Below are positions 5,696-11,569 of a DNA stretch of 11,569 nt, one piece after another. This DNA comes from a virus (lineage: Duplodnaviria; Heunggongvirae; Uroviricota; Caudoviricetes): IMG/VR virus record IMGVR_UViG_3300044728_000133; one strand, given 5' to 3'. The notes under the pieces were generated by a model. It was given only the letters and a program-made list of their open reading frames with translations, made no database searches and was not told the DNA's origin. A program made the translations under genes and the position numbers. Position 1 is the stretch's first letter. Every line of letters begins with the position of its first letter.

Positions 5696-5918
5696 AGAAA
5701 CCTCTTTCGTGTCTTCGATTCTTCTCGGTTCTTCGTGTAAGTCGTGCGGGAGCATCGAGCGCCCAGACACTCAATGCTCGTGGTGCGGTGGCTACGGCAT
5801 GGTCACGAACGGCGGTGGTGATCCTGACGACTGCCCGCAGTGCGGTTGCTCTGGCAGACAATGGCCTGCCGTCTGCCCCGGCTGTTCCAAGTGGCGTTCG
5901 ATGGAAGGGTGGCTATGA
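5688..5918 (+). CDS. Four-CxxC zinc-binding protein (DnaJ central-domain-like repeats)
   Basis: CKSC, CSWCGGYG, CPQCGCSG and CPGC within 76 aa from GTG 5688. The stop overlaps the next ATG. Confidence 0.65.
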   Translation: MDRETSFVSSILLGSSCKSCGSIERPDTQCSWCGGYGMVTNGGGDPDDCPQCGCSGRQWPAVCPGCSKWRSMEGWL

Positions 5919-6337
5919 ACGCCTCGAAACCACATTCAATTCCGTTCCAGGTCGAAGCGATCCGGCAAGTGCTGCTCTGGGGTGCGCCTGCACAGGAACG
6001 GGACGCAGCCCTGGACGCGCTCAATGGACTTGTAGAGCAGTTCGATGCCTACGAGCGCGTGGTGGAGCAGGCAAGGATCATTCGTCAGTTGGAAGAGACG
6101 GGGACGTGGCCCGACTTCCAGCCGCTCGCAGATGCTCTGGACGCGCTGAACGTCTCTAGTCCAGCAATCAGCCCGGATGTGTCGGAGCTGCGAGCGGATA
6201 GCCCCTCGGCTCAGGGCGTCCGCCGTGCAGGGCGAGCCGGACCGCTGCCGGGGCCATCCGCTTCGGTTACGTCAGCCCTGCCCAGCTCCGAGACTTCCGA
6301 CTCCGCTCCAGCTTCGAGCCCGCAGGAAGGCGCGTGA
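5915..6337 (+). CDS. Hypothetical protein (140 aa; helical N-half, Ser/Pro-rich disordered tail)
   Basis: ATGA overlap at 5915-5918 and GTGA overlap at 6334-6337. Confidence 0.7.
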   Translation: MNASKPHSIPFQVEAIRQVLLWGAPAQERDAALDALNGLVEQFDAYERVVEQARIIRQLEETGTWPDFQPLADALDALNVSSPAISPDVSELRADSPSAQGVRRAGRAGPLPGPSASVTSALPSSETSDSAPASSPQEGA

Positions 6338-6591
6338 AGCGGTTGCACATCCTTCCCGATGACGTTCGTGTGGTGCGCTACACGGAGCTAAAGGCGATCT
6401 ACGAGCGCGAGGGATCTCTGCGTCTAACTGCGCGGGTCATCGGTTCGGACGCCGCCACCGTTCAGCGGCATCTTCGGGAGGCGGGCGTGGACACCGGGAG
6501 CCATGCGATCACCAGACTCAAGGAGCGCGTCCGCGAGTTGGAAGATCGGCTTGCCACTGCAACCTCGAACCAAGATACGAAGCCGCAGTGA
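6334..6591 (+). CDS. Helix-turn-helix DNA-binding protein with short C-terminal coiled coil
   Basis: LKAIYEREGSLRLTARVIGSDAATVQRHLREAGV fits an HTH pattern, followed by RLKERVRELEDRLA. Confidence 0.7.
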   Translation: MKRLHILPDDVRVVRYTELKAIYEREGSLRLTARVIGSDAATVQRHLREAGVDTGSHAITRLKERVRELEDRLATATSNQDTKPQ

Positions 6592-7013
6592 CCCAGCCCG
6601 ACTGGAAGCACGAACCACGGGTCCGTGACCCCGATCTTCTCAAGGAGATTCACAAGGAGTGGAAAGAGTGCGCGCTGTGTGGTTCGATCGGATGGGACGA
6701 AAGAAGGATCTGGATCGGCCTCTCGCTTCACCACATCAACAAGCATCCTCGAGACGATGTGCGCGGCAACCTCGTGATGCTCTGCGGGCACGGAACGATC
6801 GGCTGCCATGAGTTGATCGAGTCTCATTCATCCGAGCACCGTGGCATCCTCGGTATCTACGTGGTGAACAATCGCCCCGATGTCATCGAGTACCTCGACT
6901 GGCGCCTGGGAGGTCTCGAGGCGGCACAAGAGTGGCTCCAGCGGACGTTGCGGGTACCCTCCGGGCAGATGCCTCCATTCATGGAGTCGTCTGGGCAGAG
7001 GGGGGCTCCTTGA
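6588..7013 (+). CDS. HNH endonuclease
   Basis: CALCG...LSLHHINKHPRDDVRGNLVMLCGHGTIGCHELIE: CxxC, H-H, N and C...CH of the phage HNH family. Confidence 0.8.
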   Translation: MTQPDWKHEPRVRDPDLLKEIHKEWKECALCGSIGWDERRIWIGLSLHHINKHPRDDVRGNLVMLCGHGTIGCHELIESHSSEHRGILGIYVVNNRPDVIEYLDWRLGGLEAAQEWLQRTLRVPSGQMPPFMESSGQRGAP

Positions 7014-7342
7014 CGGAGCCTCTCTCATTGAATGAGCCTCTTCCGAAGAAGATGTCCGAGATCGACGAGGACTTCCGCAAATACGGCCTCAACCTGCCCA
7101 CCGTGGGTGGGTGCATGCACTGCCCGAAGTTCGAACCCAGAGGAACAGCGCTCGAGGTGAAGGAGGCTTGCGAGCAGCACCGCCGAGAGCATCACCCCGA
7201 GCTCGTCGGCAAGAAGCGCTATCGCCGGCCGCACGCCTCCCCCGGTGTTCTGTCCTTCCGTCAGTTCCTTACCGAGGACGAGGGCAACGAGATCGATGCG
7301 GTCAGAGCGAAGCGCATGAAGCTTCTCGGCATCGATCCCTGA
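7010..7342 (+). CDS. Hypothetical protein with CxxC...HxxxH (C2H2-like) motif (110 aa)
   Basis: TTG 7010 with SD AGAGGGGG and a TTGA overlap. Motifs CMHC...EQHRREHHP. Last gene of the + arm. Confidence 0.7.
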   Translation: MTEPLSLNEPLPKKMSEIDEDFRKYGLNLPTVGGCMHCPKFEPRGTALEVKEACEQHRREHHPELVGKKRYRRPHASPGVLSFRQFLTEDEGNEIDAVRAKRMKLLGIDP

Positions 7343-7378
7343 AAAGCCAAGAGCCCCGTTTCCGGGGCTCTTGCGCTT
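7343..7378. terminator. Intrinsic terminator between the convergent arms (probably bidirectional, best for the - strand)
   Basis: Perfect 11-bp stem CAAGAGCCCCG (7348-7358) / CGGGGCTCTTG (7363-7373). On the - strand the loop is a GAAA tetraloop and the stem is followed by GCTTTT. Confidence 0.85.
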
Positions 7379-7436
7379 GGAGCTGGGAAGTACAGGGGAA
7401 GGAAGCACTGAGTCTACTCTTCTGCCCCCGGTTTGC

Positions 7437-7841
7437 CTAGATCCCTTCGTCGGCCGTAAGCATCGCAGCCACCGTGGGTTGCTTGGGTGCTTTCGGCGGA
7501 GGCGTATCTCCTGGCGCCAGCCCAAGCTCCTTGATGCTGTTGAAGATGCTTCCGACCATTGCTGCCACGATCACGACAAAGGCTGCACCTGCGATCACGC
7601 CCATGTCGAGACCGTCAATCACAACGTCCGCCTGACCGGCGAAGTAGCTCGCCGCGTACAGGACGAGATAGCCGCCGATCTTGAACACCACGTCCTTTCG
7701 AACAAAGTCCGCGATGTAGGCGAGCCTGAACGTTCGCGACTTCAGCGCGGCGATCACGCCGAGCAAGAAGTCGACAGCGATCAGGACGATGAGAACGTCT
7801 ACCTTCCCATCATTCCAGAACGCCTGGAAAAACTGCTCCAT
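7437..7841 (-). CDS. Holin (phage holin 4 / TcdE-like, about 3 TM helices)
   Basis: VLIVLIAVDFLLGVIAALKSRTFR...FVRKDVVFKIGGYLVLY... fits the D.I.G...A.K...K pattern. Three hydrophobic segments, SD AAGGGGG, and position at the end of the lysis operon. Confidence 0.8.
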   Translation of the reverse strand: MEQFFQAFWNDGKVDVLIVLIAVDFLLGVIAALKSRTFRLAYIADFVRKDVVFKIGGYLVLYAASYFAGQADVVIDGLDMGVIAGAAFVVIVAAMVGSIFNSIKELGLAPGDTPPPKAPKQPTVAAMLTADEGI

Positions 7842-7907
7842 CTGACCCCCTTAGCTAAGTACCGGAAGTATCCGATACTCGTCGGTCGGCAGTCAGCTCA
7901 CTGCGCC

Positions 7908-8147
7908 CTAAACCTCGATGTCGAACTCGTCCAGAACCTCGTCGCCGCCCTTGACCACAACGTGCGTCCCGCCCGTGTACTCCAGCGGATAGGTCAGAGC
8001 TGCGTAGCCCTGGTTGTTATCGAGATTCGTGCCTGAGATATCGGACGCATCTGCGAGATTCGATGTCTGAATCTGGACCGGGCCCTCGTAGTCGCCCGTC
8101 TCCCAGAACACAACCACTGCTTGACGATCCTTGTAGATACCACCCAT
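7908..8147 (-). CDS. Small acidic beta-rich hypothetical protein (79 aa) in the lysis operon
   Basis: SD GAGGAG before the ATG. Alternating hydrophobic pattern; no TM segment or signal peptide. Confidence 0.7.
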   Translation of the reverse strand: MGGIYKDRQAVVVFWETGDYEGPVQIQTSNLADASDISGTNLDNNQGYAALTYPLEYTGGTHVVVKGGDEVLDEFDIEV

Positions 8148-8208
8148 TTCTTACTCCTCTGTTTGCTTACAAAAAGCCTAGCCGCAGCATGTGTGCATCC
8201 GAAGACGA

Positions 8209-8577
8209 TCAGAGGAAGCGTCCGGTCGCCGGATCGCGCTCGCGCCCGTCGGCGATGATGTGGCAGCCGCGGCACAACTCGCGGTAGTCGGTGAGGTCAC
8301 GCTGGTACTCGCCGCTGATGTTGGCCCAATCCGTTCGGCCGACCTTGCCGCATTCGTCGCAGACGCCCGTTTTCGGCTTCTCCCTTCGGAGCCAGTTGTG
8401 CTTCGCCATATAACTGGCGTCTTCGCCTTTCCATAAAGGATGAGCAGGTCCAAATCTGAGTCGGGCGTTGTGTCCGTTGATGAAACGCAACGGCTGTCCT
8501 TTGACGTGACCCATGTAGCTCTTGGTCTTCGTCGCGAGTTTGGTTTCCTCGCCGCACCCACACTCGCAGAGGCTCAT
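8209..8577 (-). CDS. HNH homing-type endonuclease
   Basis: N-terminal LCECGCG...RFINGHN, then WKG..ASY.AKH.W.RR..PK...CDECG...DWANISGEYQRD..DYRELCRGCH, typical of free-standing phage HNHs. ATGA overlap with the endolysin stop. Confidence 0.85.
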   Translation of the reverse strand: MSLCECGCGEETKLATKTKSYMGHVKGQPLRFINGHNARLRFGPAHPLWKGEDASYMAKHNWLRREKPKTGVCDECGKVGRTDWANISGEYQRDLTDYRELCRGCHIIADGRERDPATGRFL

Positions 8578-9320
8578 AGGGATAGATATTCCTTCAACTG
8601 AGTGCCCACCGTGGCTGAGCCGTAACTGTAGTCAGGCCCGTTGCCGTGAGCCCCGTACAGAAGGTCGTGGCCGATCAGGTTCCGTGCGTTGACCCCGAGA
8701 TGGACGTGCGACTTGGAGCCCTGGTAGTAGATACGTCCGACCGCCTCACCCTTTCTGAACTGGCGTCCAACTGAAGGGGCGACAATGAGGTGTCCGTACC
8801 AGTAGTCGATCTTGCTCTTGCCTGCGCCGTAGAAAGCGTCCCCAGGGTTTGAGCTGGACGCCTCGCGCACGATCATGTCCTCGACGGCCAGCACAGTGCG
8901 CCCACCAATCCAGCCGTCGTCGTACGCCGGGTAGTAGGGAATGCCGTCCGTGTTGTGCGTGAGCTGGTGATTGAGCACGCTCGCCCCGCCGTAGTAGAGC
9001 GGCCCGAGATCGGGCACCGGGTTCGGCTTCGGAATGACCGGCACCGACCAGGCCAGATACTGAGCCTTGCGGTAGGCGTCGAGGTACTCCCAGAGCACGT
9101 CCCAGGTAGCCGCCCCGATGTCACCCGAGTTCGGGATTCCCTCGCGGGGCTGGATCACTTTGTGAAGTGCCTCGTACAGCGCCGGCCCGAACTGCGGAGT
9201 GAAGCCAGTGGCAGGCTTCGGTAATAGGTTCGTCTCGTAGCGGTGCACCGCGAACTTCGCTATCTCCACGTCCTTGCCGACCGTGACCGAGTGGTACATG
9301 GGGCGCTTCAAGCGTGCCAT
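8574..9320 (-). CDS. Endolysin: N-terminal peptidoglycan-binding-like domain plus C-terminal M23-like metallopeptidase
   Basis: The N-terminus GKDVEIAK...FGPALYEALHKVIQPREGIPNSGDIGAATWDVL resembles PG_binding_1. The C-terminus RTVLAVEDMIV...YWYGHL...VGRQFRKGEAVGRI...SHVHLGV resembles M23 (Y.HL, G..V.KG..IG, HxH). Confidence 0.75.
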   Translation of the reverse strand: MARLKRPMYHSVTVGKDVEIAKFAVHRYETNLLPKPATGFTPQFGPALYEALHKVIQPREGIPNSGDIGAATWDVLWEYLDAYRKAQYLAWSVPVIPKPNPVPDLGPLYYGGASVLNHQLTHNTDGIPYYPAYDDGWIGGRTVLAVEDMIVREASSSNPGDAFYGAGKSKIDYWYGHLIVAPSVGRQFRKGEAVGRIYYQGSKSHVHLGVNARNLIGHDLLYGAHGNGPDYSYGSATVGTQLKEYLSL

Positions 9321-9991
9321 CAGCGAAGCGCATCCCCGGCAGACCAGTGGCTCACGTTGCGATACCCGGAAAGGTCACCGTAGTCCGCCAGCCTGTCGTA
9401 CTCAACCATCGGTTGTGTCTCAGCCCAGCCGAGAACACGGGTTGCAAAATCGTTTGTATTGGCAGGAGTGGCGTTGGGGGATTCGGAGATGAAGCACTCG
9501 GTCACGCATGCCCAGCCCGCGTCCACGAGCGGCTTAGCCTTCTCTGGAAACGCCCTGCCGTCGTTGTGAACGAAGGGTGCGAAGTTGGTCACCACGCCCT
9601 TGAAGACGTCGAGGTCTTCCAGTTCATGGATGAGATCGGGCCAGTTCTGCTCCTGCGGGTTGGGGACAACATTGCTTTCGGCGTCTAGCTTCTCCGGCGG
9701 AATCTCTCCTTCTCCCAAGAACCCTGCCGCCCCTGATTCCACGAGCGCCTTGCGTGCCTCAGCCGGCGTGAAGTCCATGTCGTTACCAGCCTGTCCTGAG
9801 CGCGTGAACCAGATCGTGTAGATGAGACCCGCGGCATCGCAAGCAGCCTTCATCGCTGCGCTGCGCTGGGCGTTGCCCCACTGATTCCACTCCATTGTGA
9901 TCCAGCGGTAACCCTTGGCTTTGGCCTTCTGCGCGATCTGGGCTGGGGTAAAGGTGGCGTTACTCAGTTCCTCGTTTACCCAGAGCCCGGG
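9320..9991 (-). CDS. TIM-barrel glycoside-hydrolase-like (putative muramidase/glycan-active) ORF, probably translated as the -1 frameshift extension of 9976-10305
   Basis: The ORF track starts at ATG 9895, but the frame is open and protein-like upstream (PGLWVNEELSNATFTPAQIAQKAKAKGYRWITMEW...) with no ATG/GTG/TTG and no good SD. Alternating helix/strand units (AAMKAACDAAGLIYTIWF, ALVESGAAGFLGEGE, AGWACVTECF) suggest a (beta/alpha)8 fold. Confidence 0.6.
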   Translation of the reverse strand, partial: PGLWVNEELSNATFTPAQIAQKAKAKGYRWITMEWNQWGNAQRSAAMKAACDAAGLIYTIWFTRSGQAGNDMDFTPAEARKALVESGAAGFLGEGEIPPEKLDAESNVVPNPQEQNWPDLIHELEDLDVFKGVVTNFAPFVHNDGRAFPEKAKPLVDAGWACVTECFISESPNATPANTNDFATRVLGWAETQPMVEYDRLADYGDLSGYRNVSHWSAGDALR

Positions 9992-9997
9992 AAAGGG
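9943..9997 (-). promoter_or_regulatory. Putative programmed -1 ribosomal frameshift signal (slippery heptamer C CCU UUC plus 3' hairpin)
   Basis: XXXYYYZ heptamer CCCTTTC at 9997-9991, in the correct phase of the upstream ORF (GAC CCT TTC). After a 7-nt spacer, CTGGGTAAA (9983-9975) pairs with TTTACCCCAG (9952-9943). Confidence 0.65.
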
Positions 9998-10305
9998 TCC
10001 GTGGTCTGCTGCGCCTCCAGCAGCTTCAAGCGTTGGTCGAAGGAAACGTGGGCCACACCGTTGTTCTCTCGGAAGCTGTCGAGATCACCCTTGACCTCAT
10101 CGAGATACCTCGCGTCCGCAAGCACCACGTCACGTAGACCCGTTCCATCGTGGTCGGGAGACTCGCCTCCGACCCAGCGTTTCCACTCGGGCAGCTTCGA
10201 AGTGATCGGCGGCAGGCTGACCTTCGCCCGCGCCTCGTTAACGGCCTTGATGAGCGCCGCCATGTCTGCACCCTTTGGTGGCTGGGTGGGTTTCGCGCTA
10301 GCCAT
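9976..10305 (-). CDS. Hypothetical 109-aa protein with C-terminal coiled coil (short product of the frameshift gene)
   Basis: Strong SD TAAGGAGGAAGG before ATG 10305. Heptad-like segment LADARYLDEVKGDLDSF...FDQRLKLLEAQ; ends ...TTDPFPGSG*. Confidence 0.8.
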   Translation of the reverse strand: MASAKPTQPPKGADMAALIKAVNEARAKVSLPPITSKLPEWKRWVGGESPDHDGTGLRDVVLADARYLDEVKGDLDSFRENNGVAHVSFDQRLKLLEAQQTTDPFPGSG

Positions 10306-10314
10306 CCTTCCTCC

Positions 10315-10674
10315 TTATCCAGTCCAGACCTTGATGAGGTTAGCGACGCCGACGAAGGCGACGACGACGAGTCCTCCGCCCAGCCGCGATTGCCAGGCCG
10401 CGAGCCTGTCGACCTCGGACTGAGTCGCATACGTTGAGTCCTTCCGCTCCATCTGGCGGATCAGGTCGTTGTGCTTTGAGGCCAACTCCTGCGCCGAGTC
10501 CAGGGCTGTCTTGACAGCCAGCGCGTCGGCCGTCCGTTGTGTCTGGAGCAACTCCTTCAGCGAAGCGAACTCGGAGGTGAAGTGACGATCGAGCGCGGCA
10601 ATGCGCTCCGTGATGACGGTGATATCGGGCGCGCTAGTACGGCCCGCGCCTGGTCCTGTCTCCTCCCCGGGCAT
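10315..10674 (-). CDS. Coiled-coil protein with a C-terminal transmembrane anchor (lysis-cassette membrane protein)
   Basis: Long amphipathic helices followed by LGGGLVVVAFVGVANLIKVW. Located first in the lysis operon. Confidence 0.7.
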   Translation of the reverse strand: MPGEETGPGAGRTSAPDITVITERIAALDRHFTSEFASLKELLQTQRTADALAVKTALDSAQELASKHNDLIRQMERKDSTYATQSEVDRLAAWQSRLGGGLVVVAFVGVANLIKVWTG

Positions 10675-10708
10675 GAGCGCAGTCTAGGTAGTGCAGACGA
10701 CGACCTAG
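10675..10708 (-). promoter_or_regulatory. Putative leaderless promoter for the lysis operon with an overlapping inverted repeat
   Basis: On the - strand, TAGACT (10686-10681) is followed by 6 nt and ATG 10674, with no SD. IR CTAGGT (10684-10689) / ACCTAG (10703-10708). No consensus -35. Confidence 0.55.
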
Positions 10709-11352
10709 GGGACATTGGTCGGCTGCCCCGGGATCCAGCGATACATCTGTGGCCGGTGGCGAAGCTCGCGTGGGATGCCGCCGCCAAAGTCGTTCCAGGA
10801 GATCTCGGTGCCGGTCGTGCCTAGGAAGCCGTACAGGTTGGTGCGGTAGGTGTTCTCATTCGCGCTGACTTTCAGTGTCCAGTTTGCACCGTTGTCCGTT
10901 GAGACGTAGCAGTTGATGGCAGTCCCGACGAGTTGCATGAGGACGAGGTGGTTGGTGCTGGGCAGTGATGTGAGCGCGCTCGCGAGGTTCGTGAACGACC
11001 CTGCTCCCGGGTTGTAACGCCGGATCGTCCACCCGTCGGGGCCGACGCCGTTGTGCATGAGCACCTCGTAACCCATGAAGTCAGGACCGGCCACGCACAG
11101 GCCGAGCCGCCACCCCGAACCTATCGGGGGCCCCGGGAATCCGATCTTGCCCCAGCACTCCATGTCGCCGTCGAAGCTCTCCGTCGACCAGTAGGCGATG
11201 TTCGCCTGGGTCGGGAACGACTTGCCCCAGAACTGGTTGCCCTGGATCTTCATCGTCTGGCCGACGTCTGTCTTCCAGGGCGGCAGAACCGGGTCCTCGT
11301 TGGGACGGTTGAAGTTGTCGAGGACGGCGGTCGTGTAGCGGATGTCTGCCAT
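10705..11352 (-). CDS. Concanavalin-A-like lectin/glucanase-fold virion (tail-associated) protein
   Basis: All-beta, Gly/Trp/Asn-rich sequence (LDNFNRPNE...W...GYEVLM...WTIRRY...LVGTAINCYVS...WTLKVS..ENTY...SWNDFGGG) characteristic of phage ConA/LamG-like domains. Confidence 0.6.
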   Translation of the reverse strand: MADIRYTTAVLDNFNRPNEDPVLPPWKTDVGQTMKIQGNQFWGKSFPTQANIAYWSTESFDGDMECWGKIGFPGPPIGSGWRLGLCVAGPDFMGYEVLMHNGVGPDGWTIRRYNPGAGSFTNLASALTSLPSTNHLVLMQLVGTAINCYVSTDNGANWTLKVSANENTYRTNLYGFLGTTGTEISWNDFGGGIPRELRHRPQMYRWIPGQPTNVP

Positions 11353-11569
11353 CTACTGGCTGAACCCGTGGGCGATCACGTCCACGAGCCGGTCGGTCGC
11401 ATCCGTCCCGGTGCACTGAGCGCGGGCCGAGATGCGAGACCCAGCCGGGATGTCGACCGGCAGCGGCCCGTAGTGATCGGGCGAGAAGTTGTTGTAGAGA
11501 CCGGAGTTGAACAGCCGGATGTCGTTCAGGAATACGACCTCGGAACCCGCTCCGCCCACTGCCAAGTCG
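11353..11569 (-). CDS. 3' end of a beta-rich virion/tail-associated protein (partial, starts beyond the window)
   Basis: The frame is open to the window edge: DLAVGGAGSEVVFLNDI...GPLPVDIPAGSRISARAQCTGTDATDRLVDVIAHGFSQ*. The stop abuts the next ATG. Confidence 0.65.
   Translation of the reverse strand, partial: DLAVGGAGSEVVFLNDIRLFNSGLYNNFSPDHYGPLPVDIPAGSRISARAQCTGTDATDRLVDVIAHGFSQ

Larger units (their letters stand above)
1..11569. mobile_element. Bacteriophage/prophage genome segment (early-middle arm converging on lysis/tail arm)
   Basis: Dense small overlapping ORFs, three HNH genes, holin plus endolysin, tail-type beta proteins, and two convergent arms separated by a terminator. No host housekeeping genes seen. 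Confidence 0.92.

Noticed and set aside
5284-6159. 291-aa + strand ORF
   Set aside because: It is an Arg/Ala/Gly-rich alternative frame overlapping four better-supported coupled genes.
7371-8036. 221-aa + strand ORF
   Set aside because: It is the antisense shadow of the holin and 79-aa genes, lies beyond the terminator, and has no motif.
10200-10260. ALIKAVNEARAKVSLPPIT resembles the first helix of CAP/SCP domains
   Set aside because: The rest of the 109-aa protein lacks the CAP motifs (A..HS..M, GENIA), so no family call is supported.
9976-10305. Interpreting the frameshift pair as a tail assembly chaperone (G/GT)
   Set aside because: It is not between major tail and tape measure genes. 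It lies in the lysis operon, and the extension looks like an enzyme domain.
1-11569. Sigma-H-type promoters (AGGA...GAAT) for the phage sigma factor
   Set aside because: Manual checks around several GAAT sites found no properly spaced match. A proper motif search is needed.
1-11569. tRNA, rRNA, CRISPR array, integrase/att site
   Set aside because: No cloverleaf-like sequence, regularly spaced direct repeats or recombinase motifs were seen. Whether this is a prophage or a free phage cannot be decided from the window.

Overview
High-GC bacteriophage or prophage segment with two convergent gene arms meeting at an intrinsic terminator (7348-7373). The host is probably actinobacterial; Thermoleophilia-like is an inference from the leaderless TANNNT promoters, an Rpf-type transglycosylase and a Spo0H-type sigma factor. 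The + arm (1-7342) is a tightly packed early/middle region, mostly coupled by 4-nt ATGA/GTGA/TTGA overlaps. It encodes zinc fingers, a G39P-like helicase loader, a SigH/Spo0H-like sigma factor, a tandem ribbon-helix-helix protein, an LmbU-like regulator, a stand-alone LexA DNA-binding domain, an Rpf-like lytic transglycosylase and two HNH proteins. The - arm (7437-11569) holds the end of the virion/tail genes and the lysis module: a ConA-like protein, a C-terminally anchored coiled-coil protein, a 109-aa protein, a TIM-barrel glycoside-hydrolase-like ORF, a PG-binding/M23-like endolysin, an inserted HNH, a small beta-rich protein and a holin. The most striking signal is an apparent programmed -1 ribosomal frameshift in the lysis module (C CCU UUC at 9997-9991, 7-nt spacer, downstream hairpin). 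It would fuse the 109-aa protein to the otherwise start-less glycoside-hydrolase-like ORF, giving about 328 aa. All family assignments come from motif recognition by eye; no database searches were run.
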